Origin: Catajapyx aquilonaris
Lineage: Eukaryota
Length of the DNA: 38,077 bases
Assembly (NCBI GenBank): GCA_000934665.2
Contig: JYFJ02003747.1
Location: 1 to 38,077, forward strand
Direction: 5' to 3'
A model generated the notes under the pieces. It made no database searches, was not told the DNA's origin, and saw only the letters and a program-made list of their open reading frames with translations. Both the position numbers and the translations under genes were made by a program. Positions 12,131-23,844 of this stretch are shown one piece after another; position 1 is the stretch's first letter; each line of letters begins with the position of its first letter.

Positions 12131-15100
12131 GCCTTCTGCCTGTTTGTTTTGCTGTAATCTTTTGGAATTAGAGTTTTGTTACAAGTGGCTAGTCACCGGT
12201 GGTGCTGGTTGACATTGTAGGGAGTCGCGAACCCTGCAGTGGCAGTGAGTGCTGCTGGTTACTTTTGTTTTTAGTAATCTCTTGGTTTGGCTGCGGAGCA
12301 TTTTTTTTGGGTGTTGGCTTTTGAGTAACGGTTGAGTTCTGTCCTGCTCGGATGGTTGGCGTGCGTAGTGACTCCTTCTGAGTGTGGTTCTAAGGTTTGG
12401 ATTTGCTGAAGTAATGTTAGTAGGAGACTTGTATTCTCCATTTGTGGGGGCTTTCATTTTGCTTTGTTTGGGTGCACTTAGCTTTGTTATGACTGGAGTA
12501 AAGCTTGAGTTTTGCTGGCCACTTTGTTGCGTTGTCTTGAGAGTAATTGTGCGGTTGTGGCACGCACATCTGAGTATTTTGTGTGTATTGAGTCTGACAC
12601 TCTTACAAGTAGTCTTGTTGGTGGAATCTACTGTGATTCTTGTGCTGTTACCATTCTGGCGGTGGTTAAAGCTTTGTCGAGTCTGTTCTGAAACTTGGAG
12701 TCTCTCTGTTTGCCAAGTTGTGTTGAATCGAATCTGTTCGAGTCGTGCAGCCCCTATGTAAAGTCCAGTCTCAGTGCATCCGTGTTTTAGAGTCATTTTT
12801 TTTTTTTGAGCGGTTACTGCTGGTTTGAGTTTTTTTTTGATTTTTTTTTTGCCTGAAAATTTAGCAAAGCCTCCTTTTGTGTGTCTTTTGGGTTGCATTT
12901 TACATTGAGTGTTAGTCTTAATTTTGATGTTTGAAGTGAATTACTGTGGTTTCATCTTTTTTTTTGTTGACTGCGATTGGAGCAATAACATGTATTTGTG
13001 CAAGGTTATGAGGTTATAACTTTTGTGGATCTTTTTTTGTTGGGCTTACTTTTGGGTTGGATATACCAGTATGAGGTCAACTATGTAATATAATGAGTCG
13101 TTATCGTGGTGGTGGCACATCCTTTTTCCTTCCCATTTTTACCCTTTGATGAACGACTGTGGAGCAGAAACAGTGAACCAATTAGCTCTACTTTGGACGC
13201 TGTACGTCCAGTGATTTTGGACCAGTGCTAGTGTAGTGTGAGTGAGCGAACTGCCTTGGCATCTCTCTCCAAATCGTGAGAGGTGTCCTTCAGGAGATGA
13301 AGATGCAAGTGAAGTGACTTTCTGCTGGAGGGTGAAGTTCGCCTCCAGTTTGAGAACATTGTGGTCACTGCAACCTGGTGTGGTGGTGGCCTGCCTGCCA
13401 ATCAACGAGGTGACGAAGGAGCCTGTGTGTCAGCCATGGACGCATACTCAGCGGTGTGTTGCCAACACTGGGCGCACACCTGGTGACCTGCCAACAATGG
13501 GGCAGCTCACTGCAGTGGAGTCTACACTCGGTTGCTATACATAATGCAATCTTCAGCGCAGCTGACGTATCTGCAGTTGTGTCAACGCCGTTGCAGTGGA
13601 ACTTGGAACATTAAGTGCTGTGTGGGTGTCCAGGGTGGATCTTATTTGTGTCCACTAGTGATGCTTATGTGCTACTTCAAGACCAGCCCCGCTGTGTACC
13701 AGTCTGGTTGCATTGCCTGTCAACATGGGACCAGAATGAGGAGGCCAGATTCCTCCAAGATGTGGGTGTACTGATTGCAGTTGGACTGAAGCTGTGCTGT
13801 GGTTGATGCCGTTGCAGAAATCAGCCCACCATGTACCACCTATGGACCAGCCAGTACTTGCAGTGGTGTTGTGGTGTGCAGCAGGATTGCAGCATCCGCT
13901 CCAGGAGAACATTGCTGTCGTCTCTGTACTCAGTGTCCAGTTTGCAACCTAAAAACCCTCGCCTCTCTGCAGTAATGTCTTGACGTTGAACAGTAGTCAT
14001 GATCTAATGAGTGATGTGAACGCTATTGCATCATTTCCAGTCTTCGGACTGGGGTATTGGAAGTTGGCCTACCCTCTTCCGGTGTGAGCCAGTAGAAGTG
14101 GTGTGGTCCGGCTGGATGGGAAAGCTCAGGGCCTCTTGTCATAGCTATCCCCCCGATTTTGACTACACGTGCTCGCACCTTCCGTCCATGGGTCCTCACC
14201 TAGTGTCCCACCTCGGTACACAATGTGCTGTCTGGGTATCACGGATTTACTTCGTGATATTTGCGAAGTGCTTACATCATTCAGTGAGTGATCCACCTCG
14301 GAGTAAGTCCGTGTCGGGCCGACTGAGGTGGCCCTCCTCACATACCTTTTTGTTTTTCCTTGGAGTAAGTCCTTGTTGGGCCGACTGGGGACGTTTTAAT
14401 CTTTATTGCAGTTACTTATGATCAATTTTTATCTTATTACCACGGGTGGGTAGGTACACCTTTATATTGAAGAAGAAGGGGGGGGGGGGGNGGGCTCCCT
14501 TCCTCTTAATCTTGCACGTGCTTAATTTTAATTCTGGATTTGGTCGCTCTTGAAGTTGGGCGTTGTCACTTTGATTCTTTAGTCGGGACATTTTTGATGT
14601 CTTTGAACATGCAGCGTTCTCGCTCCAATTCTGCAGTCACTACAATCGCTATTATAGGTTCTTGTTGAACATTTTAGATAAGTTTGCTAATTTAGTTTTG
14701 GGATTCTGTGAAAGTGAAACAACGGACAAGTCTTGGTCGCCATGTGTAATTGTACATGGAGAAAAAGTGAAAGTGCTTCGGCGCTTTGGTGAAGGTGACT
14801 ATGTCACAAGTGCAAAAGTCTATGACCACAGTTTAGTGAGCGGCCTAGTCGCTATCAAGAGCTGTGAGGTGATGTGAATGAACTCTCGAGAGATTTCACT
14901 GGTCAAGTGATTTTGTGTGTTCCAATGTTACCATTGGGCTGTTTTTGGTGACATGTGCCAGGGTTTCGGAGGTGACTTGTTCGGGGTCGGTTGGGTGCCG
15001 AGGTGGTGTCCAGTGGCCGACTGTTCATGATCCTCAGTAGTGGAGTTATCCTGGTTACATTGGAGTCATTGCAGTGCAGTGGATTGGTTACTTACACCTG

Positions 15101-15852
15101 CTTTGTTTCAAGGTGATGATGTGCAATTGTTGGGGTAATGTAATTTGGCGGTCTCAGTATATGGAGTACATTGAATCCTCTGTGAACTGCGCATTGATGT
15201 ATGCTGAGATTGGTCAACGACACACTTGTCATGAATAGGCTTTGCTAATAGATCGAATGTTGCTCTGTGCAGCAACTGGAATTGGTAATTGTTGGTCTGT
15301 GAGCACAGTTGCAGGCCATAGTGGAAACTAATAGTGAACTTTAGCCTCAATAGGCAGGCTCATTAGCCGTCGCTCCACAGACTCCTGTAATCTCTGAAGT
15401 TTGGATTACGTGAGGTTATGATGTGGGAGTATGTTGTGAATTGTTCAACTAGGTTAAGTTCTGCAACTTTTGGATGGGTTTTGACAATTGTGTCAAAGAT
15501 TTAAGCTGCACTTCAACTCAAATCTTTGAAACGGTAGTGGGGAGTGGATGTCAATGTCCATTTTTGAGCCACATTTTTTAAAGTCTGAGCAATGGTGAAA
15601 TCAGTGTTCAGATTGCTATCATGATGCAATGTGGCGCAATGTTGCGCAAGTTTACGTCAGCAATGTGAGCGGGGATTTTCCCTGCAGTTGTTTGTGCTTT
15701 ATTAGCTGATACAGCGTCTTTCAAATCCATTGTCTTGTTGTAGGTAGGGAGTAGCCTCTCCCGGGGTCCCATGGCCCGCACGTGGTTGCTCTACCACGGT
15801 TAGGGCATGTGACGTCAGAAATAGCGGGACCTTGTGCGAGGCGTTCCTTCTT

Positions 15853-15865
15853 GAAGAAGGGGGAG
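15853..15865 (+). promoter_or_regulatory. Polypurine tract
   Basis: GAAGAAGGGGGAG immediately followed by TGTAGTGG. Confidence 0.75.
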
Positions 15866-16924
15866 TGTAGTGGTGGCCGTGGGCAGTCAAATTTTGTGCG
15901 TTGTTATTCCTGGCGGATGGATATGTTACGTTGTCCAATCAGTAACGTGTAAAATTTGCGGCATTTTGAATTGACCAATGGGAGTATAGTTTTGGGTCTT
16001 TTGAAATGATTTTGGATAGTAGGAGGATAGGATCGACAGGAGGGCTTGTTAGGAAGAACTGACGCTAATTCTGGGTGTTTGTCTGGTGCTTCTCGAGCTA
16101 GGTAGACGTGCCGGTTTTGCTCTCCGACATGTAAGACAAAGGCTGTTAGCTTTTTGGGTGCGGTGTGTGCACTAAAGTCAGACTGGTGGGTCAACATGGT
16201 CGCGAAGTAATTGGGGATAGCCGCCGGGCTGTTTGTGCGCACTTTTGGCAGTCGGTGCTGCAATTTTTGGGTGACCAATGTCGAGTCCAGTTTGAAGTGT
16301 TGAACAGCTTCGGGTGGGTAGAAGCAGTGTGTGGGGTCCCATGCGGGTTGAGTCTGTGTAACGGTCGGTTGGGTGGGAAATTTCGGGAGTATTTTGAGTA
16401 GTTTTTTTTTGTACACAAAAGTGAGGTTGCAGGTTGAAAATTCAGTGGGTGCCGATGTGGCTTGCATAGGTGGGTGATCCAGTCACCCCGGGAAAATCCA
16501 TTGTAACACCCTCCCACTCATCCACGCGTCGGTGGAGAAGATTCCAAGATGGCTGAACTTCCCCCACAAGATGGCGGACGGAAGTGAGAGGGACCACGCC
16601 ACCATGGTTGTCCACCCCGACCTAACTGAAGCTGAAGTTGTGTGCGGACTGCCCTCCTGCTGAAGTGGGCTGCCTCAGACGGTTGCTGGCCGTCAGGAAA
16701 ATATTGTATTGTAAGCGGTGGTTGGTTGAGAAAACCACAAGTGTTTTGTTTTGACTGGAGAGTTGCTGTAACTGTGTGAATAATTGGACTCAATAATAAT
16801 TTGGTTTTGAACAAAAACATTTTTGTCGACTACTCTTTCCATCCTGCATCACTCACATCACAACTTTGGCAAGAGGCCACAGGGGGCTTATGACAGTTTG
16901 GTTGTTTGTCCGCTGCTTGCCACA
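15866..16924 (+). repeat. 3' LTR (1059 bp, TGT...ACA)
   Basis: Starts TGT after the PPT and ends ACA before the TSD. The distal 533 bp are duplicated at 10104-10636; the start is inferred from the PPT only. Confidence 0.75.
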
Positions 16925-17439
16925 TGGGAGACCTGATTGAGAATTTTTGGAATATCAACCGTTTTTCTTCTCAAGGTATGTGGAACACTGAAACGCAATG
17001 TGAGATTGTGGTGCTATGATAATTAGCTTCACATAAAATAATCCGGTTCTATTGTACATAATTACATTGCATGTTACATAATTTGGTTCAGCTCATCTCA
17101 TACATGGCAGAAATGGCGCATATGGTCACCAGTGCTGTTGGAAGGGGACGTGGAAGAGTCACGGAGAGGTTGACAGGAAATGCACATTCAGTTCTTCCCA
17201 CCAATTCATTAGGTATTATCAGGTGGAATGCCTTCTTGTCAATATAGAATTGATATGGATGTGAGCTAAATCATGATACGCATAGTACCGGTATTGCAAT
17301 GTGCTAATTCCAATAACTGGTTCTACAGAAGTTACAGTTACGATGGAACTAATGCGAGTTCTTTATCATTCCATAGCATTGGAGAAGAAAAAAAATGATG
17401 TCTTGAAAATGGAGTAGAGATCCACAAATCGATGGAACG

Positions 17440-17700
17440 CAGCCGAGGATGTCCTCCCGAGGATAAAAAGACTGGGGTACCTAGAACAGCATGTCCCCAA
17501 AAGGCCAAATGAGAAGACTGACGAAGATTACTGGGAGCAGGGTATTATTGCAACAAGGCTAAAGAGAAAGAGCGGACAACCCCAAGGCGATACGGGTCAA
17601 AATAGGAGAGGTCATAGTACAGGGTGCAAAAAATCAAAAAAAGAACAAGAAATACTCCGGAAAGAGAGACTGGACTCCAGGCGGAAAACAGCTGACCTCT
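17440..17700 (+). mobile_element. Decayed RTE-type LINE, C-terminal coding remnant
   Basis: RIKRLGYL..HV...PNE/RLTKI...KRKSGQP resembles the RL.W.GH..R....R..K....KR.RGRP motif; frameshifted. Confidence 0.4.
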
Positions 17701-17810
17701 GGGAATTGAAAAGGTGTAACCAGAACAATTCCCCTGATGAATAGGATGTTTTAGTGACCAAAACCGTGTGTTCAGATACAATCCATACAGGATTGTTGAA
17801 TAACAAGGGG

Positions 17811-18081
17811 TTTGGTTTGGTTTGGTTTATTAGGAAGAAGCCAAAGCAACTATGGCTATCTGGCTGTAAGAAGAGGCAAAGGTGGGACAGATGGAGAGAG
17901 AAACGAAGAGGAAAAAGAAGAGAGGAAAGACTGGAATCTCTCTTAGTCTGTCTCCTATCCCAAAGACCTGTCCGGCTTGGGTGGCCCTACCAGTAGACGA
18001 AGCTACCGCCGGCATAGCTCTTGGGATCACGGGAGAAACGCAAACCCCACCACCACGATAAGGTGGAGATACCATCGGGGG
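17811..18081 (-). mobile_element. SINE-like element with RTE/BovB 5'UTR-like head, AATAAA + (CCAAA)n tail and 13-bp TSD
   Basis: TSD GAATAACAAGGGG at 17798-17810 and 18082-18094. The minus strand reads ...AGAGCTATGCCGG...GTAGGGCCACCCAAGCCGGACAGGTC (BovB/RTE 5'UTR motif) and ends TAATAAACCAAACCAAACCAAA. Confidence 0.8.
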
Positions 18082-18094
18082 GAATAACAAGGGG

Positions 18095-18545
18095 AATGCT
18101 GCTTTCAGAACGAAATGCGTTACCATATTTTTAGTTACTGATTGGTATTCCCTACGCACATCCAGCCAGAACTTCGTCAATTATCCATCTTGAAATGTGC
18201 GGTCGCAGAACAAATCAATGAGCGCCTTGTAAACTCACGAGATTTCGAACCTATTGGACCTTTGCAATGCCAATGTCACCGAAATATTTCTCGAAACACT
18301 CCTTTAGTATATGCAAATGTGTGGATGTGACTCGCTCTTGAAATTTGCGCCACTGCCCTCGATATAGTCTTGCAGACAATGAAACATTTCAAATGAAGAT
18401 TGCTTCACTTTTTCTGCCAGGCAGAGTTGGAGTTTTAATAAAAATATACTTATGTTTTCATGCGATGAAAAATGTTCCTCAATTATTTTGACCCCATGCC
18501 TCGTTGAGCACATCCAGTTCCTCAAACATATCCGCAAAACATACC
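18095..18545 (-). mobile_element. Decayed hAT Buster/ZBED5-SCAND3-type transposase
   Basis: Minus strand: ADMFEELDVLN, FLLKLQL...SFEMFHCL, HILKECFEKYF, LIDLFCDRTF, LTKFWLDVRREY; multiple frameshifts. Confidence 0.7.
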
Positions 18546-18724
18546 GGTTATCACAAAGTAATTTTTAATAATTGCATCTGCTTCTCCTGTATAGATTTTA
18601 TCCTTCAAACTAATATAAGTCGTAGTGCTGCTTGATTGGCTCCGTAGGGAGCTCGGTAAAGGGGCTTCCGCTGATAGAGGAAAGCGTGAGGGCAAACGTT
18701 GCTAGATTTCTCTCGCCGAACTAT

Positions 18725-19087
18725 GGCTGAAACCAAGAGCTGCTCAAACGTAAAACTCGGAATGAGATAGGCAGCTGCCTGCTCCACTTTCTTAAACCGT
18801 ATTGCTTCACAAAGGATGTTATCCTCTCTGCAGACAATTGCACAGGACAAAATAAAAACAAATACAACTTGTCCCTGCTTACTTATGCAGTGAGCCAATT
18901 GGACATTCCGTCCATCACAATGAAATATATCTCATCATTGCACATACACAGAATGAGGGCGACATGACGCACTCGGTAATTGAGAAGCAAAAGAAGAAGA
19001 CGCTAAAGTCAGGATCTATCTACATCCCTGCCCAATGGATTCCTGTGATCCAGTGCTAAGACTGAACCCCCCTTCAAAGTCCACGAG
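18725..19087 (+). mobile_element. Sola-type transposase catalytic-core relic
   Basis: NEIGSCLLHFL, SADNCTGQNKNK, HTQNEGDMTHSVIE...IYIPAQWIPVI...PFKVHE. Confidence 0.75.
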
Positions 19088-19433
19088 ACACATAGTCACA
19101 ACATCAGTTTTGAAATATTTGCACTGGCTCCTTGAACTGCAAATGCAGCCTATTTAAATGATGTGTTTCATGTTGGTGTGTTGCTTGGGAGTGACATGTG
19201 TGTGCCGTGTTCTAAGCACTTGATATATCATCGGTGACCGTAACTTTCCCCTTGAGCCGTGGCTTATGGTGTCTGTCAAGAACCCTGAGGCCGACCCAAA
19301 GGAACAAGAATTCAACAGTGTCCGGGGCAAGGCGGAGTCTTAAAATCAAGATCCCGGTGCCTTCTCCGCCACAGGACTATGCATATCCGGCCCGATAAAG
19401 GAGGCCTCATCGCCAACATCTGTTTCATCAAGA

Positions 19434-19547
19434 ATGCTACAGGACAGACTTGAACGCACTCTCTGTACTAGCTATCGAGTCAGAACTGATTTTGACGACA
19501 TCATCGGCATCTTTGCCACCCAGCGCTCTCGGCGCAAGCAGCTTTAA
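19434..19547 (+). mobile_element. hAT (ZMYM1-like) transposase extreme C-terminus
   Basis: MLQDRL/NALSVLAIESE/DFDDIIGIFATQRSRRKQL*. Confidence 0.7.
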
Positions 19548-19886
19548 AGGTGAGTAAAAATTACCCGTACCAGATTATAATTTAGAGGATAACTCAAGTC
19601 ATTGCATTGCGGCATCTTCAATGATCGTGTCCTACGGCGAGGCGTTGCCACGTGCGGTACCGGTGAACGGTACGCGTTTCTGATGGAACATTGGCCGGCG
19701 ACACAGAAGCCACTGAAGGTGCCGCTCAAATACCTCTTTGAAAACAGCTACGGCAACAGCGGCTCTGAACCCAGTATGAACCCTCAGTCTGAAGGTAACA
19801 ATTAGTGGTGTGTGGGTGTGTAGGGGGGGAAGGGGCAGATAAGGCTGTGCCTAGGGGCGTCAAATACGTCACTATGGGAGAGTCCT

Positions 19887-20254
19887 TTGCTCCGGCAATT
19901 GGTGGAATCTCTCCAGGCGTCTTTGGAAAAGCGCACCGGGAATTCAAAGACGTTGGCTTTCTGCACTTTCCTGGACCCACGCTTTAAGATGCTGGGGTTT
20001 GGGAGCGAGTCGGCTGCAACAAGGATCAAACGTAATATCCTCTCTGTAATGGTTGAGAGGGCAAAGTTGATGGAGCGTCAGAGTCTGGGCGCTAACACTG
20101 CAAATGACACCAACACATCCACCAGCATCCAGCATCAGGAGCAGAGCAGCACTGATCAGGCCCTCTCGGCATGGGACACGCTGGACGCAGCTGCGGTGTC
20201 AGCAGTTCAGCCCCAAGGAACTGCTACGTCTCGCTGCACTATTGAACTGCAGAG
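19887..20254 (+). mobile_element. hAT (ZBED1/ZBED4-like) transposase fragment
   Basis: SLEKR....LAFCTFLDPRFKMLGF...WDTLD...TIELQR, then a GT donor at 20255. Confidence 0.8.
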
Positions 20255-20301
20255 GTTAGTCCCTTCATAGTTCATACACCATCGAAAGAGAAATAGTATT
20301 T

Positions 20302-20920
20302 TTGCGACAATATGCGATTGCTGAAGAATTTCGAAGACAGCCACGTTCTTTACAAGAGCGATGTAACTGGAAAGCAACGGAGTGGTTTCATTGGCTCATC
20401 TATTATGCATTGTTTTGTATGCATGATATTCTCCCACAACCTATTCTGGAACATTTCCGTCTTCTGTCACGGAGTGTGTACTTATTAATTCCAGATTCTT
20501 TTACACCTCACCAGAGCTGTACAGCATTACGGACCTCTGTGGGTATTCTCTGCTTTTGCGTTTGAAAGTAACAATGGTATTCTACTCAAGTAGGTGAAGG
20601 GTACAAGGAGTGTGGGCCCACAAATTGGCACTAGATTTCATGCAAAACAATCACTTCTGCATATTTCTGAACATTGTGGGGCCTCTGCTGATACTTTGTC
20701 AACTTTCTCAATTGGACGATCAGGCAATAAGTCTTCAAATATGTACGTTGAGCTGTGCAATGGAATAGTATTTGGCTCCAGCAGGAGGGTAAAAAAGAGT
20801 GATCTTGTTGAGCTGCAAGGTACACCAGGAGAGATTTTTGGTCAAGGTGATTGTTTTATCACAATTCATGCAGGGGCTAAAGTTAGAGGCCGAACATATC
20901 GCACAATATGCACAATTTTG
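20302..20920 (+). mobile_element. CACTA/Mirage-like transposase fragment
   Basis: EFRRQPRSLQERCNWKATEWFHWLIYY...HFRLL, then AFESNNG.LLK*VKGT..V..QI. Confidence 0.75.
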
Positions 20921-21199
20921 GAGTGAGGAGGTTCCTGCCCTACCCTCACCAGGTTCCAAAAGTTAATTGGGCCCCGGGCGGACTGCCCCCGTAGCCGACC
21001 TGAAGGAGGAATCGGCATTGGTGGCCTTGTCTAAGCAGCATGTGGAGGTCCTACACGTCCACTTTGCCAGCCCTGTCCGCACTATTCGGACACCAACATC
21101 CCAACCTGGAGGAGGCGAAAGAAAAATACTGTACCATGCTCATATGCTAATTAAAAAAATTATGCGCAAGTAATTATTGACTGCACCTCGTATATACTG

Positions 21200-21424
21200 G
21201 TGGAGCGGTTCGTTGAAGGGGCATCATTGATATTCCAATCGAGCAGGACTACAAGTGATTACCATGGGGAAATGAACGGAAACACTTTTCTTCGGTGGCT
21301 TAATGAGCAGCTTCTACCCAACTTAAAAGAAAAGTTCCTTATTGTCATGGACAACCCCGTTTACCACTCTACGCAGGAGGAGATGCCCACCCAGAAGTGG
21401 CGGAAGGAGAGGCTCCGGAAGTAG
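21200..21424 (+). mobile_element. Tc1/IS630-like DDE_3 transposase fragment
   Basis: FVEGA.LIF.....DYHGEMNG..F..W...QLLPNL....LIVMDN..YHS. Confidence 0.8.
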
Positions 21425-21814
21425 ACACATAGAAATAGTTATTTGCATAGTGTATGACAAAGGGTCCTGCAGCTTAATTAATGATGGACCACCATACGTT
21501 TTGGCGATCTGTTAATCCCAGGAAGCCATTATCTGGTCAAATTTTGGTGTAATATATTTTTAAAGAGCCAGCCTTGGATTGTTGGTCTTGTATTCCAACA
21601 GGGATACTCGTGCTAGATATCTGATGATTTGTTTGAAAGAGTTTCCCAATAGACACTTGACTAATCCAAATGTCTTTACAATATTTTTTTGCTTAGCAAT
21701 GTTTTGTCCAAGTATGTGTGGAATACCTGCCGTTTAAAATTCCTACTGAATATATCCTGATATTTCAGAATCCTGCGTCGCCAAGGAAGATGATAGTTTT
21801 GAAGCCTTTAAACG

Positions 21815-22075
21815 CCAAAGAACTCCAGTGTGAACACAGTGGGAGAGAATTTTCGAAGATAATAAATTTCATCAGACACGTTAATGCACAAACTTGTCAA
21901 AAAACATCAACGTGAGTTATATGACAAACTGATCAAGCATCACCAACGCCTTCTGACACATATGTTCATCCATTCCGACGCCAGACTGTTCAAGTGCGAA
22001 AGGTGCCATAAATGCTTCAAGTCTCTGTATGTTTTAAAATATCACCAGAAGTGTCATCAACCTAAACGTGATTAG
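21815..22075 (+). pseudogene. Decayed C2H2 zinc-finger array
   Basis: HMFIHSDARLFKCERCHKCFKSLYVLKYHQKCH, plus an upstream degenerate finger QCEHSGREF....FIRH. Confidence 0.6.
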
Positions 22076-22622
22076 CCCAGGGTTTTTTTCCGATAATCAG
22101 GCCCAGAGAGTAAGAAATACACCAGTATGACAATAACAACACATTTATCTAGCGTTTCCAGTTTATCCTGATTTGATACAAGTTTTAGCAAATATGCCAA
22201 AAGAAAAAGAACATAAGAATGTTCGTATGCATCAGAAAAGTCACAAACTGGTAATCTTACCAAGGGTATGTAGTCCTCACGACATGGTCCATGGGGGAAA
22301 GAGATGAAGCTGCGAGTCTTATATAGTGACAAAATTGGGCAATTATGCAGTTTAGCTACTTTTGCACTACAGCTTTCTACTGTGTCTTACAGTCTCTGTT
22401 TTAATATTATCTATATCGGGCGCCTATTTTCGTGATGGGGAACTGCTAATTTAGCCCATAAATGTTAATTTAAAATTAGTAAAAAAGAAAAAATATCTTC
22501 CCGCTTTATTAAAAAAAACCTCTGTTCTTGCAGTCATTCTTCCTTTATCCTTTTCATTTCTTCTACCTACCTCTGGATCACTGTATTCTGAATACCATGT
22601 TAGAGTAGCGGATTTTTTTCCG

Positions 22623-22790
22623 ATGGCCTCCAATCGGGAAAGACTGCTCCAGTTCTTAATCAATCATGGACTTATTACGGACACGTATCCATGTGCGGTA
22701 TGTAGTAGGACTTGCCGCATAAATTGGGACAAGTTAACGTTCAGATGTCAGAGATCAATAGCTGTTGGGGGGAAAAAACTAACGCGTAGA
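22623..22790 (+). mobile_element. Merlin/IS1595-like transposase N-terminal Zn-ribbon fragment
   Basis: LLQFLINHGLI....CAVC........LTFRC. Confidence 0.45.
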
Positions 22791-22924
22791 AACAAGCACC
22801 GACACTTACGACACAGGGTGCAATAAGTGCAGCTCCGATTGATGGCGCAATGTTCGCAACCTCTCATTTCAGGGTGCCAAAATTCACCTGTATAAGACAT
22901 GCCAATGTGTGAACGCTTGCTGAT

Positions 22925-23140
22925 TTGGATTTGGATTTGGAATATGTTGGCGATATTTTTGATACAGTAGGTATTAATATGCCAATAAGCTCTGACAAGA
23001 AGAGGAAGAATTTGTACCGAAATAAGGAAATATATGTACCCCCTACAGAAGTCAAACTCACAACTGGTAGGAAAGTGTACATTGTTAAGCTTGTCCCTCT
23101 CCTGGAAATTTTGATGAATGATTGCTGGAAGGCCGAGGTT
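22925..23140 (+). mobile_element. Probable CACTA-like transposase fragment
   Basis: R..LY.....YVPPTEVKL......IVKLVPLLEIL pattern. Confidence 0.4.
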
Positions 23141-23309
23141 GCCATCGATGAAATGGTGCAACCTATGATCATCAACCTATGATCATCAACAAAGGTGAGG
23201 ACCAGCAGCCTCCAAATGCAAGAAAGCCAACGATGGTCGCAGTGGTGGGAAGCGAAGGGTGCTGCGCACTACCGAATCACTCCAGTGGGCAGTGAAGAAG
23301 TTAGTGGAA

Positions 23310-23550
23310 GATAAGTGGGTCATCTACAAGTTGGCAAATCATCATCATAACCATGGAGCACCTTGAAGGATTATGTTACACATAATGCGAATGATCCAGC
23401 TTGTGTGAGTTTTGGGAAAATGGGCAGGCCATTTGCACTTTCAGCTGAATCAGAACAGATGCTCCTGAATTTCATTTTTGCAGTGCAGGAGCGTGGATTT
23501 GGGCTGACTGTCAACAGGATTAGGCAAATAGCCTACAATCTACATCATAG
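23310..23550 (+). mobile_element. pogo/Tigger N-terminal HTH (psq + CENP-B type) fragment
   Basis: STLKDYV...KMGRPFALS.E.EQ.L..FI....ERGFGLT...IRQIAY. Confidence 0.75.
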
Positions 23551-23639
23551 CAGCCAAAGCGTGCAAAGAAACCAAAAAGCAGCGTCGTAGCTACCACCCG
23601 AATGCTCGTGAACAGCCGAATATGGAGAACTGCTAATCC

Positions 23640-23830
23640 TCATGCCTTCGTGGCACACGTTCGTAACTCTCCAAAACTCAAATGTTTTCTGTGATGTCTA
23701 AAAATCCAAAGTCCACGGACCTTTTTTCTTCGCCAAAGCAACCGTAACAGGATGCACCTATCTGGATATGCTTGAGAATTGGCTCATGCCTCAGTTGGAA
23801 ACCGACAGTACGGACTTCATCTACCAACAG
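23640..23830 (+). mobile_element. Tc1/mariner (DUF4817-associated type) transposase fragment
   Basis: RNSPKL..F......VHGPFFF..ATVTG.TYLDMLENWLMPQL......IYQQ. Confidence 0.8.
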
Positions 23831-23844
23831 GAATGCACAGCTCA

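Larger units (their letters stand above)
10104..16924 (+). mobile_element. Non-autonomous Ty3/gypsy LTR retrotransposon (gag only)
   Basis: Direct repeats 10104-10636 / 16392-16924 (2 mismatches seen in 533 bp), PBS, PPT, gag ORF, TGGG TSD at 10100-10103 and 16925-16928. Confidence 0.93.

Noticed and set aside
12179..12898. 239-aa minus-strand ORF and overlapping hydrophobic + ORF
   Set aside because: K/T-rich and L/V-rich compositions follow from the T/G skew; no domain motif recognised.
23160..23190. 14-bp duplication AACCTATGATCATC
   Set aside because: Adjacent tandem copy with nothing between; a slippage or repair footprint, not a TSD-flanked insert.
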